From: Octopus sinensis
Lineage: Eukaryota
Direction: 5' to 3'
NCBI RefSeq assembly: GCF_006345805.1
Contig: NC_043014.1
Location: 44,020,001 to 44,084,000, forward strand
Length of the DNA: 64,000 nt
In this document: piece by piece, positions 1-13,299 of the stretch
How the letters are laid out: every line of letters begins with the position of its first letter
How positions within the stretch are numbered: the stretch's first letter is position 1
The notes under the pieces: generated by a model
What the model saw: the letters and a program-made list of their open reading frames with translations, nothing else
The model's database searches: none
Told to the model about the DNA's origin: nothing
Position numbers and translations under genes: made by a program

Positions 1-47
1 GGACCTTTGTTTAAGCAAAGTCTAACCTATCTACAGATTAGTCATAG

Positions 48-672
48 AGAGTGTGTGTGTGTGTATGTGCGTGTGTGTGTGAGTGTGTGTGTGTGTGTGA
101 GTGTGTGTGAGTGTGTGTGTGTGTGTGAGTGTGGTGTGGTGTGTGTGTGTGTGAGTGTGTGTGTGTGTGTGAGTGTATGTGTGTGTGTGAGTGTGTGGTG
201 GTGTGTGTGAGTGTGTGTGTGAGTGTGGTGTTGTGTGTGAGTGTGTGTGTGGTGTGTGTGTGAGTGTGTGTGGTGTGTGCGTGTGTGTGAGTGTGTGTGT
301 GGTGTGTGTGTGTGTGTGTGAGGTGGTGTGTGTGTGTGAGTGGTGTGGTGTGTGTGTGAGTGGTGTGTGGTTTGTGTGTGTGAGTGTGTGTGTGTGTGAG
401 TGGTTGTGTGTGGTGTGAGTGTGTGTGTGTGTGAGTGTGTGTGTGTGTGTAGTGTGTGTGTGTTGTGTGAGTGTGTGTGATGTGTGTGTGTGTGTGTGAG
501 GTGTGTTGTGTGTAGTGTGTGTGTGAGTGGTTGTGTGGTGTGTGTGAGTGTGTGTGAGTGTGGTGTGAGTGTGTGTGTGTGTGTGATTGTGTGTGTGTGT
601 GTGTGTGAGTGTGTGTGGTGTGTGTGGTCAGTGTTGTGTGTGTGTGTGAGTGGTGTGTGTGTGTGTGTGTGT
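48..672. repeat. (GT)n-rich microsatellite field
   Basis: Direct observation. Confidence 0.95.
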
Positions 673-953
673 AGTATGTTGTCGTTATTTCAATGTCTGT
701 TCTCTCCTATGCTGCCTACCATAGGCTGGGTGCTTGCGCAACACCATATTACATTCACAGGGCCTTGTATGTTCTTAATTCCTTTCCATTTGCAATTGGT
801 GCCTATTCTTATACGTTTAGTTACTGCTACATTTTGTCACCTAGAATACTTTGACTATTCATATAACAAATTTGTACATTGCTTGTGAGATTTTAGTTGT
901 GTTATCTTTGTAGTAATTTAATGTTATATATTATATATATGTATGGTAATATA

Positions 954-1006
<53 letters not shown>

Positions 1007-1076
1007 CTTCACAGACCCCAGTAGAACCGTCCAACCCATGCTAGCATGGAAAACGGACGCTAAACGATGATGATGA

Positions 1077-1116
<40 letters not shown>

Positions 1117-1125
1117 TGTTGTGTC

Positions 1126-1276
1126 TGGGGAGAATCATTTTCTTTTTGTGCCTTATAATTTAACACACTCACCGGTAAAATTTCCACATTTCTTTTTTTT
1201 TTATTTTCCTAAAAGTGGAAATTTTACCAGTGAGTGTGTTAAATTATAAGGCACAAAAAGAAAATGATTCTCCCCA
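1126..1276. mobile_element. Fold-back insertion in microsatellite (62-bp arms, 27-nt spacer)
   Basis: Arms 1126-1187 and 1215-1276 are reverse complements with one mismatch; flanked by (TA)n and TA/CA microsatellite. Confidence 0.75.
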
Positions 1277-1357
1277 CATGTATACACACACACACATATA
1301 TATACACATGTATATATACACATATATATACATATATATATGCATATGATGATGCTG

Positions 1358-1407
<50 letters not shown>

Positions 1408-2260
1408 TACATATACACATACATACATATATACATACACACACATATATATATATACACATGCATACATACACACATACATATACATACATACACACAT
1501 GCATATATATATATATATATATGCGCACACACACACATATATACACACACACACATATTGTCATCATAATCATTTTAACATCCATTTATCCATGCTTCCT
1601 TGGGTTAGACAAAGTTTACTGAAGAAGATTTTCTATGGCCAGGTGGCACTTTCTGTTGCCAACCCTCATCCAGCTGTAGAGAGCAAGCCAGTGTCAGACT
1701 GGATCCTGGTGCAGCTCTCCAGCCTGCCACTTCCAGTCAAACACCCTAACCCATGCCAACATGGAAAGCAGATACTAAATGATGATGATGATATATGTAT
1801 CATTCTAGAATATATTCTTTAGGAAAGTGTTGTTTGCAATTCATTTGCCTCACCAAAACTGGTCCCTCGTAAACTGGTCCCCAAATCTGATACCAAAACT
1901 GGTCCACCATTTTGGTGTTATAAAAAAGTACCTGTGTCAGTGCCATGTAGAAAAGTGCCCTAGCTGGTGTCATGTAAAAAGCACTCATAGTGATCCTGCA
2001 TGAAGAGGGCCACTCCCTGCTGGTGCCACATAAAGATGGTCCACGCCAGTTCCACGTATGAAGCACCCATGCCGGTGCCATGTAAAAAGCACCCAGTACA
2101 CTCTGTGAAGTGATTGGCTTTAGGAAAGGCATCTGGCCATACAAAACCACGACAAAACTGGCTAGTGGAATATGGACAGCACCCCGGGTGGCCAGCTCCT
2201 GTTAAACTGTCCAACCCGTGCCAGCATGGAAAGCAGATGTTAAATGATGATGATGATGAT

Positions 2261-2463
2261 TCACATTCTCTGGTAATGAATTCTCAATGGTGAACACAAT
2301 GGCAACATCGGCCTGCGCCGATGGAACCGTGACTGGCTCCCTATCACCAGTGAACTGGCGCAGGACCGTCTTGCATGGGCTGCCATGGTTCGAGATGCCT
2401 CGAGGGTGGTAGAAGAAGCCGACTCAACCCGCCTAGGGTGAATGTCGCCACAAGTACAAGTAA
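2261..2463 (+). mobile_element. 3' end of a second RTE-type LINE
   Basis: GLRRWNRDWL...ELAQDRLAWAAMVRDA...* followed by caagtacaagta tail. Confidence 0.7.
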
Positions 2464-4180
2464 TGCACAGGCGGCGAGCTGGTAGAATCGTTGGCACGCC
2501 GGGCGAAATGCGTAGCTGTATTTCGTCTGCCGTTACGTTCTGAGTTCAAATTCCGCCGAGGTCGACTTTGCCTTTCATCCTTTCGGGGTCGATTAAATAA
2601 GTACCAGTTACGCACTGGGGTCGATATAATCGACTTAATCCGTTTGTCTGTCCTTCTTTGAACTCTCTGTGTTTAGCCCTTTGTGGGTAGTAAAGAAATA
2701 AGTACATGAATCAGGTGTTTACTTGAAGTTGGAGGCTGTCTAGAGCTTGAAACGTGTAAACTCTAAAAGCTGCTGCTCGAGTTAATAGTGTACTGGTGTT
2801 ATTAACAGCAGCAGCCTTGGCACTAGGCTAGGTTGATCTGACCCAATGTATTAATGCCAGCCTTAGAAAATCATGCATAAAAATGACAACTGTATTTTTA
2901 ATTTAAGCATTATCCATATTTTATTGCTGATCAGTTTTTATGGCTGCAAAAACTGGGTTTCTTTCCTGATTCTTTTAGATTTTTTTAATGTTTTTTTGAA
3001 GGCATATAGTTTATTGGTTAGGGCATTCAGCTCTCGATCGTAAGGTCACGATTTCAATTCTCAGTGGTTTGTTGTGTCCTTGAGCAAGACACTTTATTTC
3101 ATGTTGCTCTAGTCCACTCAGCTGGCAAAAATGAGTTGTAGCTGTAATTCATAGGGCCAGTTTTTTTGCCCAGTAGTTAGGGCAGCGGACTCACAGTCGG
3201 AGGATCGCGGTTTCGATTCCCAGACCGGGCGTTGTATGTGTTTATTGAGTGAAAACACCTAAAGCTCCACGAGGCTCTGGCAGGGGTGGTGGCAACGCCT
3301 GTTGTACTCTTTCGTTTCATGTTTCTTGAGTAATGCTGCTATGGACTGGTGTCCCATCCAGCTGGGGGGAACACATACGCCACAGAAGCCAGGAAACCGG
3401 GCCCATGAGCCTGCCTAGGCTTGAAAAGGGCGCATAAATAAAAAGTAAAATTTACTCACAAGGCATTGATTGGCCTGAAGCTTTAATAGAACACACTTGC
3501 TGAAGGTGTCACACAGTGGGACTGAACCCTAAACCGTGTAGTTGCATAACTGGCTTCTTAACCGCACAGTTATGACTGTGTCTCTATATTTGTCCTTTTT
3601 TTTTTATTATGATTTGTATGAATTACAAATTTTGTGGTTAAGCTGTTGTATGAGACGTTTGATGACAAACATCAGGGTTTGCGGTTCAAACCCTACTATG
3701 CCATCCACATCAAATATAGAAAGCTGGCAGAGTTGTTAGCACTCTGGGCAAAATGCTAACCAGCATTTCATCTTTATGTTCTGAGTTCAAATTCCGCCAA
3801 GGTCGACTTTTCCTTTCATCCTTTTGGGGTCAGTAAAATAAGTACCAGTTGAACACTGCGGTCAGTGTAATCGACTTACTCCTCCCCAAACTTGCTGGCC
3901 TTGTGCCAAAATTTGAAATCAATATTATTACTATTATTATTATTATTATTATTATTATTAAGGTGGCGAGCTGGCAGAATCATTTGCAAGCCAGGCAAAG
4001 TGCTTAGTAGCAGTTCATCCATCTTTACTTTCTAAGTTCAATTTCCATCAAGGTTGACTTTGCTTTTCATCCCTTTAGGGTCGATAGAATAAGTACCGAT
4101 TAAGCACTGAGGCTGGTGTAATCAACTAACCCCATCCCCCAAAATGTCAGGCCTTGTGCCTATAGTAGAAAGGACTATTG

Positions 4181-4216
<36 letters not shown>

Positions 4217-4850
4217 TATTATTATTCAAATCTATTGCATTTCATGCCGCATATTGGCGCTTGTGCGTCAAACATCTGCCAGTTTGGGGCTTATTGAGAA
4301 TCTGGTCCTGTTTTGCTAATGTAGGAAACTTGGAACCTTTATTTCTATCGATTGTTGTTGGTTCCATAATTAATTTTTTTTTTTTTTTTTTTTTTTGGCT
4401 TTGTTTTATTTCCTCCAGAAATATTTTATTAGTTTATTTCTAATGAAAAGCTCCCGTAATTAAATTACATTTTCGAAAATCACCGAATCTCTGTAAATTG
4501 CAATTTACCGAAAAATTTTCCTCTTTGTTTAAGCGACCGATTGACGACGACTGCAAATTCTGCTTCAATGGGGTGGGGGGGTAGGGTAGGACTGCACACT
4601 GCTCTTCATGAGACGCAACGCTGTTTGTAATATAACTAAACTTGGCCTTTAAGTGCTACCATCTTGGGAATTTGGTGGATATTAATTTGATCATTTGTAT
4701 TATTTCTTGTTGTAATCATTGGTATCCTTTTATCTAACTGCATATGATTTTGCGTTATTAATATCATCGTCTCATTGATCATTTCTGTATGATTGTGATA
4801 TAATTTTATTATTAGTTTCCCTTCTTTTCCTCCTCCAATTCCGACTCCGA

Positions 4851-5220
4851 CTCCCACCTTATCTCTACTCAACTGCAGCACCACCCCACACCCCGTTCTT
4901 AACTGCCTCTGCTTTTCCTCCTCTGACTCCCACCTTATCTCTACTCAACTGCAGCACCACCCCACACCCCGTTCTTAACTACCTCTGCTTTTCCTCCTCT
5001 GACTCCCACCTTATCTCTACTCAACTGCAGCACCACCCCACACCCCGTTCTTAACTGCCTCTGCTTTTCCTCCTCTGACTCCCACCTTATCTCTACTCAG
5101 CAGCACCACCCCACACCCCGTTCTTAACTGCCTCTGCTTTTCCTCCTCTGACTCCCACCTTATCTCTACTCAACTGCACCACCCCCACACCCCGTTCTTA
5201 ACAACCTCTGCTTTTCCTCT
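4851..5220. repeat. 76-bp minisatellite, ~5 copies
   Basis: ctcccaccttatctctac recurs at 4851, 4927, 5003, 5079 and 5152. Confidence 0.85.
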
Positions 5221-5546
5221 TCTTTGTTGCAACGACTATCTCTCTCTCTCTTTCTCTCTGTCTGTCTCTCTCTCTCTCTCTTTCTCTCTGTCTCTCTCTT
5301 TCTCTCTCTCTCTCTCAGACCAGCTGGCTGGTAATTATGATCACTAGTGGGGGGCGAGGAAGAGACAATAAAAACAGCACACCAGACACTCATTTGGAAA
5401 GTTACTAAACGAAGAAACATAATCAACTTATGATGATGACATGCAATAATACTAAACAGTCTGGGTAGCCATGAGATGACCATCTAATGACATTGTTTGA
5501 ACATGGCTAACTTACTAAGTGTATTAATACAACAAAAAAAAAATGT

Positions 5547-6480
5547 ACGCTTTCTTGAAAGGAGAAGATTCTGCTTTGAGCTACCATAATCATTATCATC
5601 ATTAAGCTTGGCTTGGCTGTGTGGTTAAGAAGTTTGCTTTCCTAACTAGGTGGTCTCTGGTTCAGTCCTATCGTGTGGCACATTGGGCAAGTTTCTTCTG
5701 TTATAACCCTACACTTTCTTGAAAGGAGAAGATTCTGTTTTGAGCTGCCATTATCATTATCATCGTTAAGCACAGGCTTGGCTCTGTGGTTAAGAAGCTT
5801 GCTTCCTAACTATGTGGTCCATGGTTCAATCCTATTGTGTGGCACGTTGGGCAAGTTTCTTCTGTTTTGAGCTGCCATTATCATCGTTAAGCACAGGCTT
5901 GGCTGTGTGGTCAAGAAGCTAGCTTCCTAACTATGTGGTCCCTGGTTCAATCTAATTGTGTGGCATGTTGAGTATGTTTCTTCTGTTATAACCCTACGCT
6001 TTCTTGAAAGGAGAAGATTCTACTTTGAGCTGACATAATCATTATCATTGTTAAGCACAGGCTTGGCTGTGTGGTTAAGAAGTTTGCTTCCTAATTATGT
6101 GGTCCCTGGTTCAGTCCTATTGTGTGGCACATTGGGCAAGTTTCTTATGTTATAACCCTACACTTTCTTGAAAGGAGAAGATTCTACTTTGAGCTGCCAT
6201 AATCATCATCATCATTAAGCACAGGCTTGGCTGTGTGGTTAAGAAGCTTGCTTCCTAACTATGTGGTCCCTGGTTCAATCCTATTGTGTGGCACGTTGGA
6301 TAAGTTTCTTCTGTTATAACCCTACGCGTTCTTGAAAGAAGATTCTGTTTTGAGCTGCCATAATCATTATCATCATTAAGCACAGGTTTGGCTGTGTGGG
6401 TCAGTTTCTTCTGCTATGACCCTAGGCTGGCCAGTGCCTCGTGGGTGGATTTGGTAGACAGAAACTGAAAAAAAAAGTCC
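5547..6480 (+). repeat. Tandem array (~164-bp unit, 5-6 copies) of SINE A head plus unique flank
   Basis: ggagaagattc recurs at 5561, 5725, 6010, 6174 and ~6338, with one shortened unit. Confidence 0.8.
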
Positions 6481-8481
6481 AGCACTTACTCTTTTACTCA
6501 TTTACTTGTTTCAGTCATTTGACTGCGGCCATGCTGGAGCACTGCCTTTAGTCGAGCAAATCAACCCCAGGACTTATTTTTTGTAAGCCTAGTACTTTTC
6601 TATCAGTCTCTTTTTGCCAAACCGCTAAGTTACAGGGACGTAAACACACCAGTATTGGTTGTCAAGCGATGTTGGGGTTCAATGTTGAGATGGGTTGGTT
6701 CTAAGATACATCCGGGAAGCATGTTCTCTTATCTTATAGATAATGTCTTGTATCTCAATAATATGCACTCTGCTTATGAAAATGATGGGTGACAGGTATT
6801 AATGCAACTATTTGTTCCTTCTCGAGCCATGCCAGGTCATAAGGGCTGGTTTCCCAGCTTCATCGGCATATAGGTTCCCCACCTGGACGGGACGCCGGTC
6901 CGTCACAGGTGAGCTGCAAGATGCAGGAGGAAAGAGTGAGAGAAAGTTGTGTCAAAAGAGTCAGCATAAGTTCGCCATTACTTTCTGCTGGAGCTGTGTG
7001 GAGCTTAGGTGTTTCACTCATAAAAACACACATTGCTCGATCTGAGATTCGAACCCATGACCGCGAGTCCACTGCTCTAACCACTAGGCTATGAGCCTCC
7101 ACTATGCAACTATATGTCCTTCCTGTTATCAATTGTTATGGCAGTGCAAGTCTGGTGTTTTCAGCTATGATTACCAGCTCTTCAGAAATCATTTTTCTAT
7201 ACTTGTTGCTTCTTTCACTCTATATTGGTCCTTACTGTTAGGAACGAAAATGGTTAGTTAGTTCTATTATATTTACCAGCTCAAGAAAAGTTAGTCTTAG
7301 ACTTGGGGGTGGTCTCCATGCCATATTAGTTTATTTTTGGATGACTGATCTTCATGTACAAAATTGGCTTTCTGGGATGTCCTGTAACCATATACCTTTA
7401 CTTTTTCTTTTTTTGTCCCTTACCCATCTCTATATAAAAAAAAAAAAGAAAATAAAACATTTATGGCATTTATATAAAGCATTCTTACACTTCACTAATT
7501 ACACTTTAACCAATTACGTGGAGTTAATTACACTTAACTAATTAAATGTTGCTAATTCTAGTGCTGATACCCAATGACATCAGATAATTGTATTGTGTTG
7601 TAGCTTTCAAAGAGAGGAATGCCATAATTACTGTGCGGAATTATGACATTCCACTCTTTGAAGATTGGGAGACGTCCAAATACCAAAGCAAGGATTTCTG
7701 TCTCTTTTATATGACGTTGTTTCATCTCAGTCGGCTCTGATTGCCCAGATTTATGAACAAAAGCATTCCAGCCATGACCTTCCCGCTTTTATTTTTATAT
7801 TCAGTATTGCTTTGTCTGGTGTGTTTGTGTCTATTTTTAAGAATGTAAAGTGTCATTTGAGGTAGATTTGACAGTTCTTTCTAGCAGGTTAGACAGCCTC
7901 ATGCATGCCCCTTTATTCTCAGTTGGTGTGTTTGGTGTGATTGAATTGCGCAGATCCAATTTGGAAAAGTAGACTTTAAATAGACATAGGTGTAGGAGTG
8001 GCTGTGTGGTAAGTAGCTTACTTACCAACCACATGGTGCTGGGTTCAGTCCCACTTCATGGCACCTTGGGCAAGTGTCTTCTACTATACTCAGGCTGACC
8101 AAAGCCTTGTGAGTGTATTTGGTCGATGGAAACTGAAAGAAGCCCATCATATATTATGTATGTATGTATATGTTTGTGTGTCTGTTTGACCCCACAACAT
8201 CACTTGACAACTGATGCTGGTGTGTTTACATCCCCATAACTTAGCGGTTTGGCAAAAGAGACCGAAAGAATAAATACTTGGCTTACAAAGAATAAGTCCT
8301 GGGGTTGATTTGCTCAACTAAAGGCAGTGCTCCAGCATGGCCACAGTCAAATGACTGAAACAAGTAAAAGAGTAAAAGAATACAATCATAAAGAATCTTT
8401 AGAGTTCATCCGAGTTTTCAATGTTTACCATTTTCGTCTTACCTGAGCATGGCATCGGAAGCCATCAAGAACTATTAAACA

Positions 8482-8869
8482 ACTAGCAGTATCGCCCAGC
8501 GTTGCTCGGGTTTGTAAGGGAAATAACTATATAAGCATTTTTAGAGAGTTATAGCCAAAAAATAGCAAAAAATGCATTAAAAATGGGGAAAAAATTATGG
8601 TAAATTTTTTTTTAAATCGTAGACATTTTTAGAGAGTTACTTCCCTTATATAATATCGAAAAAATGCATCAAAATGGAAAAAAATGATGGTAAATTTTTT
8701 TTTAAATCTTAGACTCATCGTAGACGCGCGCTAATACCCAGAAGAGCTCGATATGAATCACTACTATAAGATACCCGGTTTTGGTTTAACTGCACTGCAA
8801 AATGTGGGAGTAGTTAGGAATCTAAATCGTAGGAGACACACACACAACTTCACTTTTATATATAAAGAT
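8482..8869 (+). mobile_element. Helentron/HINE-like non-autonomous element
   Basis: Starts ACTAGC...gcccagcgttgctcggg (subterminal hairpin), ends aacttcacttttatatataaagat; related ends in opposite orientation at 37143-37551. Confidence 0.5.
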
Positions 8870-8958
8870 AACAACCATTATAAAGTTAAAGAATTTAGGG
8901 AAGGAAGAGCTGTTTACACAGTGTCATACCTGTATCTGAAAGTTGATAGGAATTGGTA

Positions 8959-11206
8959 TTAACCCTTTTGTTTCTGTATTTATTTAGGGATACTCTGTGT
9001 GTCTCTCAATTATTTTAGATATAACAAAGAATTTAGTAAAATATGTTAGTTCTCATTAAGTTAGTGTTAGGAACATAAATTGTGACTAAGGTTTGGTGTG
9101 GAAGATTTTAATTCAAAACTTATGAAAACAAGACATTTGTACTACAGAGCCAGAGCCGGTTTCAGCCAGGTTGGTAATAAATGGGTTAATATAACAAAGA
9201 ATTTAGTAAAATAAGTTATCATTAAGCTAGTGTTAGGAACATAAATTGTGACTAAGGTTTGGTGTGGAAGATTTTAATTCAAAACTTATGAAAACAAGAC
9301 ATTTGTACTACAGAGCCAGAGCCGGTTTCAGCCAGGTTGGTAATAAATGGGTTAAATATAACAAAGAATTTAGTAAAATAACTTAGTTATCATTAAGCTA
9401 GTGTTAGGAACATAAATTGTGACTAAGGTTTGGTGTGGAAGATTTTAATTCAAAACTTATGAAAACAAGACATTTGTACTACAGAGCCAGAGCCGGTTTC
9501 AGCCAGGTTGGTAACGAATAGGTTAAATATAACAAAGAATTTAGTAAAATAAGTTATCATTAAGCTAGTGTTAGGAACATAAATTGTGACTAAGGTTTGG
9601 TGTGGAAGATTTTAATTCAAAACTTATGAAAACAAGACATTTGTACTACAGAGCCAGAGCCGGTTTCAGCCCGGTTGGTAACGAATAGGTTAAATATAAC
9701 AAAGAATTTAGTAAAATAAGTTATCATTAAGCTAGTGTTAGGAACATAAATTGTGACTAAGGTTTGGTGTGGAAGATTTTAATTCAAAACTTATGAAAAC
9801 AAGTCATTTGTACTACAGAGCCAGAGCCGGTTTCAGCGGGGTTGGTAACAAAAGGGTTAAATATAACAAAGAATTTAGTAAAATAAGTTATCATTAAGCT
9901 AGTGTTAGGAACATAAATTGTGACTAAGGTTTGGTGTGGAAGATTTTAATTCAAAACTTATGAAAACAAGACATTTGTACTACAGAGCCAGAGCCGGTTT
10001 CAGCGGGGTTGGTAACAAAAGGGTTAAATATAACAAAGAATTTAGTAAAATAACTTAGTTATCATTAAGCTAGTGTTAGGAACATAAATTGTGACTAAGG
10101 TTTGGTGTGGAAGATTTTAATTCAAAACTTATGAAAACAAGACATTTGTACTACAGAGCCAGAGCCGGTTTCAGCGGGGTTGGTAACAAAAGGGTTAAAT
10201 ATAACAAGAATTTAGTAAAATAACTTAGTTATCATTAGCTAGTGTTAGGAACATAAATTGTGACTAAGGTTTGTGTGGAAGATTTTAATTCAAAACTTAT
10301 GAAAACAGTCATTTGTACTACAGAGCCAGAGCCGGTTTCAGCCGGTTGGTAATAAATGGTTAAATATAACAAAGAATTTAGTAAAATAAGTTATCATTAG
10401 CTAGTGTTAGGAACATAAATTGTGACTAAGGTTTGGTGTGGAAGATTTTATTCAAAACTTATGAAAACAAGTCATTTGTACTACAGAGCCAGAGCCGGTT
10501 TCAGCCGGGTTGGTAATAAATGGGTTAATATAACAAAGAATTTAGTAAAATAACTTAGTTATCATTAAGCTAGTGTTAGGAAATAAATTGTGACTAAGGT
10601 TTGGTGTGGAAGATTTTAATTCAAAACTTATGAAAACAAGACATTTGTACTACAGAGCCAGAGCCGGTTTCAGCCGGGTTGGTAATAAATGGGTTAAATA
10701 TAACAAAGAATTTAGTAAAATAACTTAGTTATCATTAAGCTAGTGTTAGGAACATAAATTGTGACTAAGGTTTGGTGTGGAAGATTTTAATTCAAAACTT
10801 ATGAAAACAAGTCATTTGTACTACAGAGCCAGAGCCGGTTTCAGCCCAGTTGGTAACGAATAGGTTAAATATAACAAAGAATTTAGTAAAATAAGTTATC
10901 ATTAAGCTAGTGTTAGGAACATAAATTGTGACTAAGGTTTGGCGTGGAAGATTTTAATTCAAAACTTATGAAAACAAGACATTTGTACTACAGAGCCAGA
11001 GCCGGTTTCAGCGGGGTTGGTAACAAAAGGGTTAAATATAACAAAGAATTTAGTAAAATAACTTAGTTATCATTAAGCTAGTGTTAGGAACATTAAACGT
11101 GACTAAGGTTTGGTGTGGAAGATTTTAATACAAGACTTATGAAAACAAGTCATTTGTACTACAGAGCCAGAGCCGGTTTCAGCCGGGTTGGTAACGAAAG
11201 GGTGAA
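8959..11206 (+). repeat. piggyBac-like MITE whose right ~168 bp is tandemly amplified (13 units)
   Basis: Begins TTAA-CCCTTTTG; units start near 9019, 9189, 9356, 9527, 9694, 9861, 10028, 10199, 10364, 10528, 10698, 10869 and 11036, most ending ...(A/T)GGG-TTAA or ...TAGG-TTAA. Confidence 0.8.
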
Positions 11207-11769
11207 ACCGATTAAATCTAATGGGTTCCTCTTGAAATGGTTTTGCCAGACTTTGAAGAATGGCTCATTCCATGGTGTGTAATAGCTCTCCATGAGTCAC
11301 TTTTCTATCTGAATTTGGGTATTAGAGAATTATTTCAATGTTCGATGTATGGAGGATTGAAGTCCTTAGCTATGCGCGCGTACACACCCACACATGCGTA
11401 TATATTCTGTGACTGTACAAACACTTTTATAAATAAATATTTGCATGCTTAAATCTCTGTAAATATTACCTGGATAATCATAATGATGGTTGCATGTTAG
11501 TTGTGTGAGTGTGTCAAATACAGTTGATTTAGAAGGACCTGTATAAGCTGTTTGTGTCAGGCTCTCTACACCATATTCTTCTGTGCCTCCACCATACTCA
11601 GTGTGTGTATGTGTGTGTGTGTGTACATGTTTGTGTGTGCGTTTCATCTTGTCTGCATATCTGCACACGTTTTCCACTCACAAATTCCTGAAACACATTA
11701 TTATCTACCTCTATTTCAATAACTGGTTGTTGGCTGTCAATTAGGGCTTTTTTTTATTGACAAAGATAG

Positions 11770-11802
11770 TTTCTGTTAAAACAAAAGAAAAACTTCACGC
11801 TG
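11770..11802 (+). CDS. Candidate 33-nt upstream micro-exon ([11 protein letters not shown])
   Basis: ctttttttattgacaaagatag| ... ctg|gtaaat; phase 0-0, would join MEKVVQ; only weak resemblance to the basic helix upstream in NUGGC proteins. Confidence 0.3.
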
Positions 11803-11854
11803 GTAAATATATCATCTATTATGCATGTGCCTCTCTGTGTGTGTGTCTCCTTAT

Positions 11855-12428
11855 ATGTATATATATATATGTATATACATATATATATATATATATATAA
11901 TATATACATATATAAATACATATATATACATATATAAATACATATATATACATATATACATATATAAATACATATATATACATATATACATATATAAATA
12001 CATATATATACATATATAAATACATATATATACATATATAAATACATATATATACATATATAAATACATATATATACATATATAAATACATATATATACA
12101 TATATAAATACATATATATACATATATAAATACATATATATACATATATACATATACATATATACATATATAAATACATATATATACATATATACATATA
12201 CATATATACATATATATATACATATATACATATATATATACATATATACATACACATACATATATATATACATATATATATACATATATACATACACATA
12301 CATATATATATACATATATATATACATATATACATATATATACATATATACATATATACACATATATATACATATATGTGTATATATATATGTATATATA
12401 TATATTTATATATGTATGTATATGTATA

Positions 12429-12469
<41 letters not shown>

Positions 12470-12618
12470 ATGTATGTATATGTATATATATGTGTGTGTG
12501 TGTATGTATTTATATGTATATATGTGTGTGTATATATATGTATATGTATATATATATATGTATATATATGTGTGTATATATATGTATATGTATATATATA
12601 TATATGCATATGTGTGTG

Positions 12619-12664
<46 letters not shown>

Positions 12665-12715
12665 ATATATGACTGTCTTTGTTGAAATGCACACACACAC
12701 ACACACACACACACA
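11855..12715. repeat. (TA)/(TACA)-rich microsatellite field; similar fields at 1280-1560, 13078-13300, 21105-21405, 22250-22720, 29960-30600, 33375-33780, 35040-35580, 37930-38235, 54170-54520
   Basis: Direct observation; source of the YI/CV pseudo-ORFs. Confidence 0.95.
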
Positions 12716-13077
12716 TTCATTCTTGACACTACTCAGATTCTTGCTTGTTTTCTGAGCAAACGTTTTAATAAATAATCTTAAATTGTGATTTGTGTATGAA
12801 TGTATGTGTGTATGTGTAAAACTTAATGGCTGGAAGCGTTCGACTCGTGATCACAAGTTCATGGGTTCCCCCACCTAGACCAGGCAGCACATTGTCCTCG
12901 TCTGTATGTATAAATGCATCATTTGTGTGTGGTTTTTTTCTGGTAGATAAAAAACAGAGGCTTATGATATACCACTGTGCTAGAAATGTACTGGGTATTT
13001 TTTATACGTTTCCCATCTGTTGAGTAAATTATTACTGGCAGAACCAAGTTTTCATTCAGTTAATCTTTTGGCTGGAC

Positions 13078-13110
<33 letters not shown>

Positions 13111-13299
13111 GTATACATATGTATATATATATATGTATATGTATACGTATGTATATATATATATGTATATGTATACATATGTATATATATGTGTACATAT
13201 GTATACATATGTATATATATGTATATATATGTGTATATATGTGTATATATGTGTACATATGTATACATATATATACACATACATACATACATACATACA

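Noticed and set aside
7604-7865. Complex unique sequence after a tgttgtag acceptor (FKERNAIITVRNYDIPLFEDWE...) and an open minus-strand frame
   Set aside because: No usable GT donor before the stop and no recognisable homology; left uncalled.
8440-8480. Minus-strand 29-nt exon candidate ending ctcag|gtaag
   Set aside because: Isolated, abuts a HINE insertion, and no partner exons were found on the minus strand.
10199-10530. Single-base deletions concentrated in two array units as biological variants
   Set aside because: The pattern is typical of long-read consensus error in repeats and cannot be distinguished without reads.
9019-11206. Regular array resembling a CRISPR
   Set aside because: Units are near-identical over their full length with no unique spacers, no cas genes, and the context is eukaryotic.
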